Source: an uncultured Clostridium sp. | GTDB taxonomy: Bacteria > Bacillota > Clostridia > Lachnospirales > Lachnospiraceae | NCBI GenBank assembly: GCA_947575275.1 | Contig: CANPMS010000007.1 | Span: 12 to 64,011 of the forward strand | Direction: 5' to 3' | DNA length: 64,000 nucleotides | Shown: piece after piece, positions 55,312 to 64,000 of the stretch | Position numbering within the stretch: position 1 is the first letter of the stretch | Layout: each line of letters starts with the position of its first letter | Program-made: the position numbers and the translations under genes | The notes under the pieces: model-generated | The model's database searches: none | The model's input: only the letters and a program-made list of their open reading frames with translations | What the model was told of the DNA's origin: nothing

Positions 55312-56873
55312 TTATGATAGGGATTTTGTTGAATGACAGCGCTTACGAGCAGGATATTAGAGAGCTTTTGATGGCGTTTTATCCCGGGGAGGGCTTTGTC
55401 CACGAGGAGAGGGAGGGGCTTTTATTCGCGGTGGAGGGAATCTTAAGCGGGGACAGGAGTCAGTTTGACCTTCATCTTGTTTTTTATGGACAGAGCAGTT
55501 TTTGGGGAATCCGGGCGGAGACGTTGGAGCCGGCCATGGCGAAGGAATTTGAGGCGCTTTGTGAAGACACGGTGTTTGCAGTGGATTATGATGATCGGAC
55601 TGCCACAAAAAATCGTATTAAGCGCAGGCTTTATCTGATGTTGATGTCCCATACAGGCAGGGTTTTACCGTGGGGGACTTTAACAGGGATACGCCCAACG
55701 AAGATTGCCATGACAAAGCTGAAAGAGGGCGTTGATGAGAAAGAGATTTTCAGCTATATGAAGGATACTTACTTTGCGAGTGATGAGAAGGTGGATTTAA
55801 GTATCGAGATTGCAAGAAGGGAGCGGGAGCTTTTATCTGCTGTTGATTGCCGCAACGGATATAGCTTATATGTGGGCATACCGTTCTGTCCAACCACCTG
55901 TCTGTACTGTTCCTTTACTTCCCATCCGATTGGGAAATGGAAGGAGAGGACAGGGGAATATCTGGAGGCGCTCTTTCGGGAGCTTGATTATGTGGCAGAG
56001 AAGAAGCGGGACTGCACTTTGGATACGGTATACTTCGGCGGCGGAACGCCTACCTCCCTCTCGCCGGAGGATTTGAACAGGCTGATTACAAAGCTGAAGA
56101 CAGTTTTTGATTGTTCCAGTGTAAAGGAGTTTACGGTGGAGGCGGGACGACCTGACAGTATTACCAGAGACAAGCTGGAGGTATTAAGACATCAGGGAGT
56201 CACCCGTATCTCAATCAACCCTCAGACTATGAAGGAGGAAACGTTAAAGCTGATTGGACGCCGCCATACGGTGGATGATGTGAAAGAGCGGTTTTGGCTG
56301 GCGAGGGAGCTGGGGTTTGATAATATCAACATGGATTTAATCATCGGACTTCCTGAGGAGGGGCTGGAGGACGTGCGTTCCACCATGGAGGCAGTGAAGG
56401 AACTTTCACCGGACAGTGTAACCGTGCATTCTCTGGCCATCAAGCGGGCAGCGCGGCTGAATACCATGCGTGAGGTGTATAAGGATCTGAAAATTACCAA
56501 CACTCAGGAGATGATCGATTTAACATCCCGGTATGCTCGTAATATGGGGCTGGAGCCTTATTATCTGTACCGTCAGAAGAATATGGCAGGGAATTTTGAG
56601 AATGTGGGCTATGCTGCGCCCGGAAAGGCATGTATTTATAATGTACTGATTATGGAGGAACAGCAGACGATTATTGGCTGCGGCGCGGGGACTACCACCA
56701 AAAGGCTGTTTGCGGACGAGAACCGAATTGAGCGCGCTGAGAATGTCAAGGATGTGGAGCAGTATATAAACCGGATTGACGAGATGATTGAGAGGAAGCG
56801 GCGGCTGTTCACGGATCTGTATGAATATGAGCCAAAACAGCGTGCATGTAAAGCAGTGAGCCGGGGTTTGTAA
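55308..56873 (+). CDS. hemZ: Radical SAM coproporphyrinogen dehydrogenase-like protein HemZ
   Basis: 521 aa. N-terminal extension followed by the radical SAM motif PFCPTTCLYCSF. 4-nt overlap with the MBL gene; ATG 55314 is an alternative start. Confidence 0.75.
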   Translation: MIMIGILLNDSAYEQDIRELLMAFYPGEGFVHEEREGLLFAVEGILSGDRSQFDLHLVFYGQSSFWGIRAETLEPAMAKEFEALCEDTVFAVDYDDRTATKNRIKRRLYLMLMSHTGRVLPWGTLTGIRPTKIAMTKLKEGVDEKEIFSYMKDTYFASDEKVDLSIEIARRERELLSAVDCRNGYSLYVGIPFCPTTCLYCSFTSHPIGKWKERTGEYLEALFRELDYVAEKKRDCTLDTVYFGGGTPTSLSPEDLNRLITKLKTVFDCSSVKEFTVEAGRPDSITRDKLEVLRHQGVTRISINPQTMKEETLKLIGRRHTVDDVKERFWLARELGFDNINMDLIIGLPEEGLEDVRSTMEAVKELSPDSVTVHSLAIKRAARLNTMREVYKDLKITNTQEMIDLTSRYARNMGLEPYYLYRQKNMAGNFENVGYAAPGKACIYNVLIMEEQQTIIGCGAGTTTKRLFADENRIERAENVKDVEQYINRIDEMIERKRRLFTDLYEYEPKQRACKAVSRGL

Positions 56874-56920
56874 AAAACAGGCAGACAAGGGAATTGATTA
56901 TCCCTTGCCGCCTGTTTTTT
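56872..56920. terminator. Bidirectional terminator between hemZ and the 95-aa gene
   Basis: A6 run, imperfect stem acaggcagacaaggga (56877-56892) / tcccttgccgcctgt (56901-56915), then a T6 run. Confidence 0.65.
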
Positions 56921-56975
56921 AGTGGTTAAGGCATTGTAAATCAAGGAGGAAGCCAAAGTATGGTTTTCGCCCTTT

Positions 56976-57263
56976 TTAACTGTTTTCCTTTCGATATTTG
57001 TCCTCAAAAACCTCTATCATTATTCTTGCGCCAAGCCGGAAACCATCAATAAATATTTGAGATAATTCAAGAGGAAGTGTGTCAAGCTGTTCATCCATAA
57101 TACGCTTAAATTCTCTATCAAGAGGACTTCCAATTTTTTTGATAAAGTCCTCATAATGCTCATATTGCTTTTTCCTCAAAGCCTTATATTCTTCTATCAT
57201 AGGGAGATACTGTTCAGCCGGAGCTATCTCACCGCTATACAAAGCCTGTAATATTTTATCCAT
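56976..57263 (-). CDS. Small helical protein of unknown function (95 aa)
   Basis: ORF MDKILQALYSGEIAPAEQY...IDGFRLGARIMIEVF. The N-terminal L..LY.G.I.P.E and C-terminal F..GF.LG pattern recalls small orphan proteins seen in clostridial accessory DNA (recollection, not searched). The gene is AT-rich. Confidence 0.6.
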   Translation of the reverse strand: MDKILQALYSGEIAPAEQYLPMIEEYKALRKKQYEHYEDFIKKIGSPLDREFKRIMDEQLDTLPLELSQIFIDGFRLGARIMIEVFEDKYRKENS

Positions 57264-57386
57264 TGTTTTACACGATCCTTTCGAGCATATAGAATATGTT
57301 GCATATTTATATTTTATATTTGTAATATATAAATGTCAATAAGAAAATACTATAATGATTACAATACTAGAATGCAGAGGTGTAAC

Positions 57387-57530
57387 ATGGAGAATAAGTT
57401 TGTTGCAAGACCGAAGGGGATGGAAAAAAGAAGACAAATCCGCTGTAATAACGTTGAAATTAGAAAAAAATTTGCAGGAAGAAATTGAGGTGTATGGCAT
57501 TGCAGTACGGATTAGAACACCTTGAGTTTC
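57387..57530 (+). pseudogene. Decayed tandem paralogue of the downstream RHH gene
   Basis: Aligns by eye to 57631-57826. It shares MEKR-DKS.V.TL.L...LQEE only after removing one extra A (about 57432), lacks about 42 nt of the helix-1 region, and its MALQYGLEHLEF tail is in a different frame. The intact frame from ATG 57387 stops after 33 codons. Confidence 0.7.
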
Positions 57531-57630
57531 TTTTTAAATATTACAAAATTGTGTTCATTTAATGTAATATATAAATGGTAAATTTTGGCAATTATACTTG
57601 AATACATAAGTATAATATGGAGGTACAATC

Positions 57631-57843
57631 ATGAGTGGTAAATTTATAGTAAGACCAAAAAACATGGAAAAAAGAGATAAATCTGTCGTAATGACATTGA
57701 GGTTAGACAGGGATTTACAAGAAGAATTTGATAAATTATCAGTACAAAGTGACCGTTCCAGAAATGAATTGATGTGCATGGCATTGCGGTACGCATTGGA
57801 ACATTTGGAGTTTATTCCAGAGAGTGACGAAGATAGTCTATGA
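57631..57843 (+). CDS. Ribbon-helix-helix (CopG/Arc/MetJ-type) DNA-binding protein, 70 aa
   Basis: RBS GGAGG 8 nt upstream. Beta-strand VVMTLRLD followed by two helices (DLQEEFDKLSVQS..SRNELMCMALRYALEHL) and an acidic tail. Confidence 0.75.
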   Translation: MSGKFIVRPKNMEKRDKSVVMTLRLDRDLQEEFDKLSVQSDRSRNELMCMALRYALEHLEFIPESDEDSL

Positions 57844-57864
57844 GAGAAAATGGTAAATTTGCTG

Positions 57865-57893
57865 TTGCCATTTGCTTTCGGCAATAGTATAAT
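57865..57893 (+). promoter_or_regulatory. Sigma-A type promoter for hisS-aspS
   Basis: TTGCCA (57865-57870), 17-nt spacer, TATAAT (57888-57893). Confidence 0.55.
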
Positions 57894-57945
57894 CGTTAAG
57901 ATATAAAAAGCTTTATGGAATTTATAGGAAAGAAAACGGAGAAGA

Positions 57946-59211
57946 ATGATGGCGCTGAAAAAAAAGCCGGTGACGGGCATGAGAGATATTCTTCCTGCTG
58001 AGATGCAGGTGCGGGAGTTTGTTATGAACCAGATTAAGGAGACGTACCGGAGTTTCGGATTTACTCAGATTGAGACCCCGTGTGTGGAGGATATCGGGAA
58101 TCTGACCAGTAAGCAGGGCGGGGATAACGAAAAGCTGATCTTTAAGATTTTAAAAAGAGGTGAGAAGCTTAAGCTAGAGACTGCCGTGGCAGAGGCCGAT
58201 TTAACTGACAGCGGGCTGCGTTATGATTTAACGCTTCCGCTTTCCCGGTATTACGCCAACAACGCGGCACAGCTTCCCAGCCCTTTTAAGGCGCTGCAGA
58301 TAGGCAGTGTATGGCGTGCAGACCGTCCGCAGAAGGGGCGGTTCCGTCAGTTTGTTCAGTGCGACATCGACATCCTGGGAGATACCAGCTCTATGGCTGA
58401 GATTGAGCTGATTCTTGCTACCACCACAGCGCTGGGCAAGATCTGCCCTGACAACACCTTTAGTGTGCGCGTCAATGACCGTGAGCTTTTAAAGGGCATG
58501 GCATTGTACAGTGGATTTCAGGAGGAGACTCTGGATCAGGTATTTATCACCCTGGACAAGATGGACAAGATTGGGTATGATGGTGTACGCGCAGAGCTTC
58601 TGCAAAACGGATATGGCGGAGATATTGTAGAAACGTATTTAAATTTGCTGGGCAGTGTTAAGAATGATGCAGATGGGGTCAGGAAGCTGGGAGAGAGACT
58701 GAAGGATGTGCTTGCCTTAAGTGTCACTGAGAACCTGGCTCATATTATGGACACAGTACAGAAGGTGGCGGTGACCGATTTTAATTTGTATTTTGATCCC
58801 ACTTTGGTTCGTGGCATGTCTTATTATACAGGGACTATTTTTGAGGTATCCATGGAGGGCTTTTCGGGATCTGTGGCAGGCGGCGGAAGATATGATAAGA
58901 TGATTGGAAAGTTTGCAGGCATGGATACTCCGGCCTGCGGATTTTCCATCGGTTTTGAACGAATTGTGAGCCTTTTGATGGATCAGAATAGTATGGTGGA
59001 GAAAGCCGCTCCAAAGAAAGCGTATTTGGTGGAAAAGGGAATGGATCAGGAACGTTTGACACAGATTATGAAGCAGGCGATGGAGGAGCGTGCAGCAGGT
59101 GTTTCTGTGCTGGTATCCCAGATGAATAAGAACAAGAAATTCCAGAAGGAGCAGCTAGGTAAGGAAGGCTGTACGGAGTTTGTGGAGTTTTACCGGGAAG
59201 CTCTGAAATAG
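57946..59211 (+). CDS. hisS: Histidine--tRNA ligase
   Basis: 421 aa. GMRDILP, class II motifs (FRYERPQ-like WRADRPQKGRFRQF, GGGRYD). Confidence 0.95.
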   Translation: MMALKKKPVTGMRDILPAEMQVREFVMNQIKETYRSFGFTQIETPCVEDIGNLTSKQGGDNEKLIFKILKRGEKLKLETAVAEADLTDSGLRYDLTLPLSRYYANNAAQLPSPFKALQIGSVWRADRPQKGRFRQFVQCDIDILGDTSSMAEIELILATTTALGKICPDNTFSVRVNDRELLKGMALYSGFQEETLDQVFITLDKMDKIGYDGVRAELLQNGYGGDIVETYLNLLGSVKNDADGVRKLGERLKDVLALSVTENLAHIMDTVQKVAVTDFNLYFDPTLVRGMSYYTGTIFEVSMEGFSGSVAGGGRYDKMIGKFAGMDTPACGFSIGFERIVSLLMDQNSMVEKAAPKKAYLVEKGMDQERLTQIMKQAMEERAAGVSVLVSQMNKNKKFQKEQLGKEGCTEFVEFYREALK

Positions 59212-59266
59212 TGTAAAAAAGAAAAACGGCGGCGTATAGGCTGCCCGCATGTAAGGAGATAAGAAC

Positions 59267-61066
59267 ATGGCAGAGTCAATGCTGGGGCTGAAACGCTCCC
59301 ACAGATGTACGGAGGTCAGCACCGCCAATATCGGTCAGGATGTGACGGTAATGGGCTGGGTTCAAAAGAGCAGGAATAAGGGTGGAATCATTTTTACAGA
59401 TATGCGTGACCGTTCCGGTATCCTGCAGATTATTTTTGAGGAGAGTGATTGCGGCGCGGAGAGCTTTTCAAAGGCGGAGAAGCTGAAAAGCGAATTTGTT
59501 ATTGCTGTGACCGGCCGTGTGGACGCGCGTTCCGGCGGTGTCAATGAAAAACTGGTGACGGGTGCTATTGAGGTGCGGGCTAAGTCCCTGCGCATTTTAT
59601 CCGAGTCTGAGACACCGCCATTCCCCATTGAGGAGAACTCCAGAACGAAGGAGGAACTTCGTTTAAAGTACCGTTTTCTGGATTTGAGGCGTCCGGACAT
59701 GCAGCGCAATCTGCTTCTTCGCAGCCGGATTGCGATTTTAACAAGACAGTTTTTAGCCGAAGAGGGCTTTTTTGAGATTGAGACCCCGACTCTGATTAAG
59801 AGCACGCCGGAGGGGGCGAGAGATTATCTGGTACCCAGCCGTGTGCATCCCGGCTCCTTTTATGCACTGCCCCAGTCTCCGCAGCTTTTCAAGCAGCTTT
59901 TGATGTGCTCCGGGTATGACCGTTATTTTCAGCTGGCACGCTGCTACCGGGACGAGGATTTGCGTGCGGACCGCCAGCCGGAGTTTACGCAGATTGATAT
60001 GGAGCTTTCCTTTGTGGACGTGGATGATGTTCTCGATGTAAATGAACGCTTGCTCCATAAGCTTTTTAAAGAGCTTTTGGATGTGGAGATCCCCCAGCCG
60101 ATTCCCCGTATGACATGGCAGGAGGCGATGGATCGGTTTGGCTCTGACAAGCCGGATTTGCGGTTTGGCATGGAGCTGAAAAATGTATCTGATGTGGTGA
60201 AGGACTGTGAGTTTGTGGTGTTTAAGAGCGCCTTGGAAAACGGCGGAACTGTCCGTGGTATCAATGCCAAAGGGCAGGGGAGCATGCCCAGAAAGAAGAT
60301 TGATGCACTGGTGGAATTCGCCAAGGACTTCGGTGCCAAGGGACTTGCGTATGTGGCAATTCAGGAGGATGGAACATTTAAATCTTCTTTTGCAAAGTTT
60401 ATGACTGATGAGCAGATGGCGGCGCTGGCGGTCGCTATGGACGGAAAACCGGGTGACCTTCTTTTGTTTGCAGCGGACAAGAATAAAGTGGTGTGGGATG
60501 TTCTGGGCAATCTGCGTCTGGAGCTGGCGCGTCAGTTGGAACTGCTTAACAAGAATGAGTTTCAGTTTTTATGGGTGACGGAGTTCCCGCTTTTAGAATA
60601 CTCCCAGGAGCAGGGGCGCTTCGTGGCAATGCACCACCCGTTCACCGCTCCTATGGATGAGGATTGGCGCTTGATTGACAGTGACCCTGGCGCAGTCCGT
60701 GCGAAGGCTTACGACATCGTTTTAAATGGCACGGAGTTAGGCGGAGGTTCTGTGAGAATCCATCAGGGTGATATTCAGTCCAAAATGTTTGAGGTGCTGG
60801 GTTTTACGGCGGAGGAGGCTCAGGCTCAGTTTGGATTTCTGCTGGAGGCATTTAAGTATGGAGTTCCGCCTCATGCAGGTCTTGCCTATGGTCTTGATCG
60901 TGTGGTGATGCTGATGGGCGGCTGCGACAGTATTCGAGAGGTTATTGCCTTTCCGAAGGTGAAGGATGCTTCCTGCCTGATGACCGAGGCTCCTGCTCCG
61001 GTGGACGAAAGGCAGTTGGAGGAGCTGGGAATCGAGGTTTGCCAGGAAGTAATTTTGGAAGAATAA
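59267..61066 (+). CDS. aspS: Aspartate--tRNA ligase
   Basis: 599 aa. OB-fold N-terminus, [31 protein letters not shown] motifs. Confidence 0.95.
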   Translation: MAESMLGLKRSHRCTEVSTANIGQDVTVMGWVQKSRNKGGIIFTDMRDRSGILQIIFEESDCGAESFSKAEKLKSEFVIAVTGRVDARSGGVNEKLVTGAIEVRAKSLRILSESETPPFPIEENSRTKEELRLKYRFLDLRRPDMQRNLLLRSRIAILTRQFLAEEGFFEIETPTLIKSTPEGARDYLVPSRVHPGSFYALPQSPQLFKQLLMCSGYDRYFQLARCYRDEDLRADRQPEFTQIDMELSFVDVDDVLDVNERLLHKLFKELLDVEIPQPIPRMTWQEAMDRFGSDKPDLRFGMELKNVSDVVKDCEFVVFKSALENGGTVRGINAKGQGSMPRKKIDALVEFAKDFGAKGLAYVAIQEDGTFKSSFAKFMTDEQMAALAVAMDGKPGDLLLFAADKNKVVWDVLGNLRLELARQLELLNKNEFQFLWVTEFPLLEYSQEQGRFVAMHHPFTAPMDEDWRLIDSDPGAVRAKAYDIVLNGTELGGGSVRIHQGDIQSKMFEVLGFTAEEAQAQFGFLLEAFKYGVPPHAGLAYGLDRVVMLMGGCDSIREVIAFPKVKDASCLMTEAPAPVDERQLEELGIEVCQEVILEE

Positions 61067-61073
61067 AGCAGAG

Positions 61074-61114
61074 TGCGGGTATCCGGCAGCCTACCGGATG
61101 CCTGCTTTTGTTTT
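61074..61114 (+). terminator. Rho-independent terminator after aspS
   Basis: Imperfect stem gcgggtatccgg / ccggatgcctgc (61075-61104) followed by ttttgtttt. Confidence 0.6.
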
Positions 61115-61262
61115 GCGGAATTTACAGGTTGAATGAATGTTCAATGCGGAAACTGTGAAAACTCTGTGAAGACGTAGCAAATGTGATTGATATTTGTTAC
61201 AATGTGAGTAATCGGCAATCTGCTCGGAAAAAGAGAAAAGAGAGAGGAGCAGCGGAAGTAGA

Positions 61263-61940
61263 ATGGATTTGTTGAAGGTACTGGTAGTGGATGATGAGTC
61301 AAGGATGCGCAAGCTGGTGAGGGATTTTTTGACCGTGAAGGGTTTTTCGGTTCTGGAGGCAGAGGATGGGGAGCAGGCAGTGGATATTTTTTTTCAGAGG
61401 AAGGATATTTCACTTGTTATTCTGGATGTGATGATGCCGAAGATGGACGGCTGGGAGGTGTGCAAAACCATCCGTCAGTATTCCCGGGTGCCGATGATTA
61501 TGCTGACGGCGCGTGGAGAGGAGCGGGATGAGCTTCAGGGTTTTAAGCTGGGAGTGGATGAATATATTTCCAAGCCCTTCAGCCCTAAAATTCTGGCGGC
61601 GCGGGTGGAGGCGATCCTTCGCAGGAGCAATATGTATGAGGAGGGACCGGCCGAGGCGGGTGGAATCCGGATTGATCAGGCAGCTCATCAGGTCACCATC
61701 GACGGGCGGTCTCTGGATTTAAGCTATAAGGAGTTTGAATTGCTCACCTATTTTGTAGAGAACTGCGGGATTGCCCTGTCCCGGGAGAAGATTTTAAACA
61801 ATGTGTGGAATTACGATTATTTTGGTGATGCGCGAACGATCGATACTCATGTAAAGAAGCTGCGCAGCAAGATGGGGGAAAAGGGAAATTATATCAAGAC
61901 CATATGGGGTATGGGATATAAGTTTGAGGTAGATGAATGA
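61263..61940 (+). CDS. OmpR-family response regulator
   Basis: 225 aa. Receiver domain (DD...D in VILDVMMPKMDG, T, K) and winged-helix output domain (TIDTHVKKLRSKM...WGMGYKF). Confidence 0.9.
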   Translation: MDLLKVLVVDDESRMRKLVRDFLTVKGFSVLEAEDGEQAVDIFFQRKDISLVILDVMMPKMDGWEVCKTIRQYSRVPMIMLTARGEERDELQGFKLGVDEYISKPFSPKILAARVEAILRRSNMYEEGPAEAGGIRIDQAAHQVTIDGRSLDLSYKEFELLTYFVENCGIALSREKILNNVWNYDYFGDARTIDTHVKKLRSKMGEKGNYIKTIWGMGYKFEVDE

Positions 61941-63544
61941 GACGGAAGATCATGCTGACTTTTATCGGCTTGATGGCGGTGGTGCTGTTTGCAATCCTGG
62001 CAATTAACAAGTGGTGGCTGGAGCAATATTATATTGACCAGAAGCTGAAGGTGATGGAGCATGCTTATGCCGACTTAAATGACGTGGTGATGGAGTATAC
62101 AGACGACGGGGAGAATATCGGAGATATGCTGACAGAGGAGCTGGCCAATGAGTGGGAGCTTTGGAGTCAGATAAGACCACGGGGCGGAGGCGATGAAGAG
62201 GCTCGGGACAGTTTTGTTAAAAGAAAACAGGCTGATGTACCAGGAAAGCCCGGAACAATTCTTGGAACGATTCGTTATTATGGGGAACAGAATAATATTG
62301 CTATGGTACTGGTCGACAGTAATACAGGCAGAGCGCTGGTTAATTCCGGACGTGAGAGTGATTTTCTGGTTCAGAAGGTTCAGCGGTATGTGCTGGGGAA
62401 GGGACAGAACCAGGCAAAGGTGCTGGCAAGGCATGAAAATTATATGGTAGAAACAAACTATGATTTTCGTTCCGGCTCCAGCTATATGGAGAGCTGGGGA
62501 TTTTTCTCCGACAACAGCACCCTGTTCATTATGTCCATGCCCCTTGCTAGTGTGCGGGAGAGTGCTGCGCTGGCAAACCATTTTACCACTTATGTAGTGT
62601 TGGTTGCTTTGGTATTTGGAAGCGTTCTGATGTATTTTGTGACTAACCGTGTAACGAAGCCGATTTTAAAGCTGGCGGCGGTGTCGGAGCAGATGTCAAA
62701 TCTGAATTTTGATGTGTTTTATGAGGATGATGCCCAGGATGAGGTGGGTGTGCTGGGGCGCAGCATGAATACTCTGTCCGGGAAGCTGAAGGAGACGATT
62801 GGTGAGCTTCGCCAGGCGAACGCCCAGCTTCAGAGGGATATTGATGAGAAGGTTCAGATTGATGAGATGCGAAAGGAGTTTATTGCCAATGTGTCCCATG
62901 AGCTAAAGACGCCAATTGCCCTGATTCAGGGGTATGCGGAGGGACTCTCGGAGGGGATGTGCAAGGATGAGGAGAGTCGTGATTATTATTGTGAGGTCAT
63001 TATCGATGAAGCAAACAAGATGAATAAGATGGTCAGGCAGCTTTTGACCCTGACGGCGTTGGAATTTGGCAATGATGCGCCCATCATGGAGCGGTTTGAT
63101 GTGACTGAGCTGATATGTGATATGGTAAGCTCTTCAGGTATTTTGTTTCAGCAGAACAATGCAAAAGTGGATGTAAAGGCAGAGAGCCCGCTTTTTGTGA
63201 GGGGAGACGAATTTAAAATTGAGGAGGTCTTAAGTAACTACCTGACGAATGCGCTTCACTATCTGAATGGTGAGCGGCGCATTGAGATTCGCGCAGAACG
63301 CCAGTCAGACAGGGTGGCTGTCCATGTCTTTAACACCGGAGAACATATTCCGGAGAAGGATTTACCCAACCTGTGGACAAAGTTTTATAAGGTGGACAAG
63401 GCAAGAACCCGCGATTATGGCGGCAGCGGAATCGGTCTGTCTATTGTTAAGGCAATTATGGATGCCCACCACCAGAGCTGTGGGGTTGCCAATGTGGAGG
63501 GCGGTGTGGAGTTTTGGTTTACATTAGAAGCGGAGGATGGATAG
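61937..63544 (+). CDS. Sensor histidine kinase (two TM helices, HAMP, HisKA, HATPase_c)
   Basis: 535 aa. 4-nt overlap with the regulator. H-box FIANVSHELKTPIA, N box NYLTNALHY, G boxes GSGIGLSIV. Confidence 0.9.
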   Translation: MRRKIMLTFIGLMAVVLFAILAINKWWLEQYYIDQKLKVMEHAYADLNDVVMEYTDDGENIGDMLTEELANEWELWSQIRPRGGGDEEARDSFVKRKQADVPGKPGTILGTIRYYGEQNNIAMVLVDSNTGRALVNSGRESDFLVQKVQRYVLGKGQNQAKVLARHENYMVETNYDFRSGSSYMESWGFFSDNSTLFIMSMPLASVRESAALANHFTTYVVLVALVFGSVLMYFVTNRVTKPILKLAAVSEQMSNLNFDVFYEDDAQDEVGVLGRSMNTLSGKLKETIGELRQANAQLQRDIDEKVQIDEMRKEFIANVSHELKTPIALIQGYAEGLSEGMCKDEESRDYYCEVIIDEANKMNKMVRQLLTLTALEFGNDAPIMERFDVTELICDMVSSSGILFQQNNAKVDVKAESPLFVRGDEFKIEEVLSNYLTNALHYLNGERRIEIRAERQSDRVAVHVFNTGEHIPEKDLPNLWTKFYKVDKARTRDYGGSGIGLSIVKAIMDAHHQSCGVANVEGGVEFWFTLEAEDG

Positions 63545-63600
63545 GAGATTTCAAATGGGACAGGTGTGTGAAGAAGTTATAAGAGCCTGGCAGAAAAATG

Positions 63601-63629
63601 TTGACAGAAGTCCAAAAGGGTAGTAGAAT
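63601..63629 (+). promoter_or_regulatory. Sigma-A type promoter driving the T-box leader
   Basis: TTGACA (63601-63606), 17-nt spacer, TAGAAT (63624-63629). Confidence 0.6.
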
Positions 63630-63636
63630 GATTGTG

Positions 63637-63895
63637 AATATTAACTAAATAGCACTTTAAACTGTTGAAGCAGAAATAAAAATAAATCGTGCGCTTACAG
63701 AGAGGCAGGAAGGCATACGTCAGTTGCGGGGGTATGGCAGTGTCCCATAAGGGCACGAAAACATAAGTGTACTGATTAAAAACGTTCTGCTGGCGAATTA
63801 AGGTGGCACCACGGTGAACCGATATGTAAAAATATACGGTCCCGTCCTTGACGGATTTGCTTTGCTTGTAGTCTGTCATGGACGGGATTTCTGAT
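63637..63895 (+). promoter_or_regulatory. T-box riboswitch leader (tRNA-sensing transcription attenuator)
   Basis: AGAGAG at 63699-63704. T-box sequence AAUUAAGGUGGCACCACG at 63796-63813 (one mismatch to AAnnnGGGUGGnACCnCG). Terminator stem tcccgtccttgac (63840-63852) / gtcatggacggga (63875-63887) followed by UUUCU. The T-box 3' half can pair with the 5' terminator arm as an antiterminator. Confidence 0.75.
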
Positions 63896-63951
63896 ATGGA
63901 GCTCCTGGCGGCTATCAATAAAATTTATGTTAAAGAAAGGAAGAGTTCATT

Positions 63952-64000
63952 ATGGAACAGAAAATTCCCTATAAAATTTATCTGGAAGAAAGTGAGATGC
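63952..64000 (+). CDS. 5' end of a gene truncated by the window edge; N-terminus resembles TrpB-like (TrpB2) PLP enzymes
   Basis: RBS AAAGGAAG, ATG 63952, MEQKIPYKIYLEESEM... Only 16 codons are visible, so the family guess rests on the pattern x-L-x-E-x-E-[IM]-P-x-x-WYN that normally follows. Confidence 0.35.
   Translation, partial: MEQKIPYKIYLEESEM

Noticed and set aside
57844-57945. T-box leader expected upstream of hisS-aspS, as in Bacillus
   Set aside because: Only about 100 nt separate the RHH stop from hisS. They are occupied by a TTGCCA-17-TATAAT promoter, with no T-box sequence or terminator.
63577-63918. 113-aa minus-strand ORF after the histidine kinase
   Set aside because: It covers the T-box leader exactly. 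Promoter, T-box motif and terminator on the plus strand explain the region better than a protein.

Overview
This window looks like a chromosomal core segment of a spore-forming Firmicute. Gene content and roughly 50% G+C (judged by eye) suggest class Clostridia, possibly Lachnospiraceae; that taxon call is inference. About 45 genes are packed tightly and nearly all are recognisable from motifs. In order:

- 204-12431: one giant secreted ORF of about 4075 aa, built from at least eight concatenated parallel beta-helix modules.
- 12501-16766 (minus strand): a convergent 1421-aa fused double-activase/DUF2229 protein.
- 16950-23763: corA, a rhomboid-like membrane protein, pyk, a lysA-like decarboxylase, ychF and lgt.
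- 23750-23905: a 51-aa Spo0E-like ORF that the ORF track missed.
- 24.1-37.1 kb: a dcw cluster (mraZ, rsmH, ftsL, two class B PBPs, mraY, murD, ftsW/spoVE, murA, ftsQ, ftsZ). It is preceded by a 10-bp-phased AAGTGG repeat array that I read as the MraZ operator.
- 37.3-43.0 kb: spoIIGA-sigE with a long-spacer Spo0A-type promoter, then spoIIP directly after sigE, then lepA-hemW.
- 43.2-56.9 kb: a GHL10 protein and apt, then a scrambled partial cobalamin set (cbiL, cbiH, cobT, cbiF, cobQ, cbiC) interrupted by an inverted dpaAB (spoVF) operon, then relA, an MBL hydrolase and hemZ.
- 56.9-57.9 kb: an AT-rich islet with a 95-aa orphan gene and a tandemly duplicated ribbon-helix-helix gene, one copy of which has decayed.
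- 57.9-64.0 kb: hisS-aspS, an OmpR/HK two-component pair, and a T-box leader in front of a truncated TrpB-like gene at the window edge.

I found no rRNA, tRNA, CRISPR array, transposase or integrase. The most unusual objects are the giant multi-beta-helix protein, which has no recognisable anchor, the orphan fused activase protein, and the RHH islet. The rest is ordinary housekeeping with some notable regulatory sites and synteny breaks. All family assignments come from motif recognition by eye; no database search was possible.
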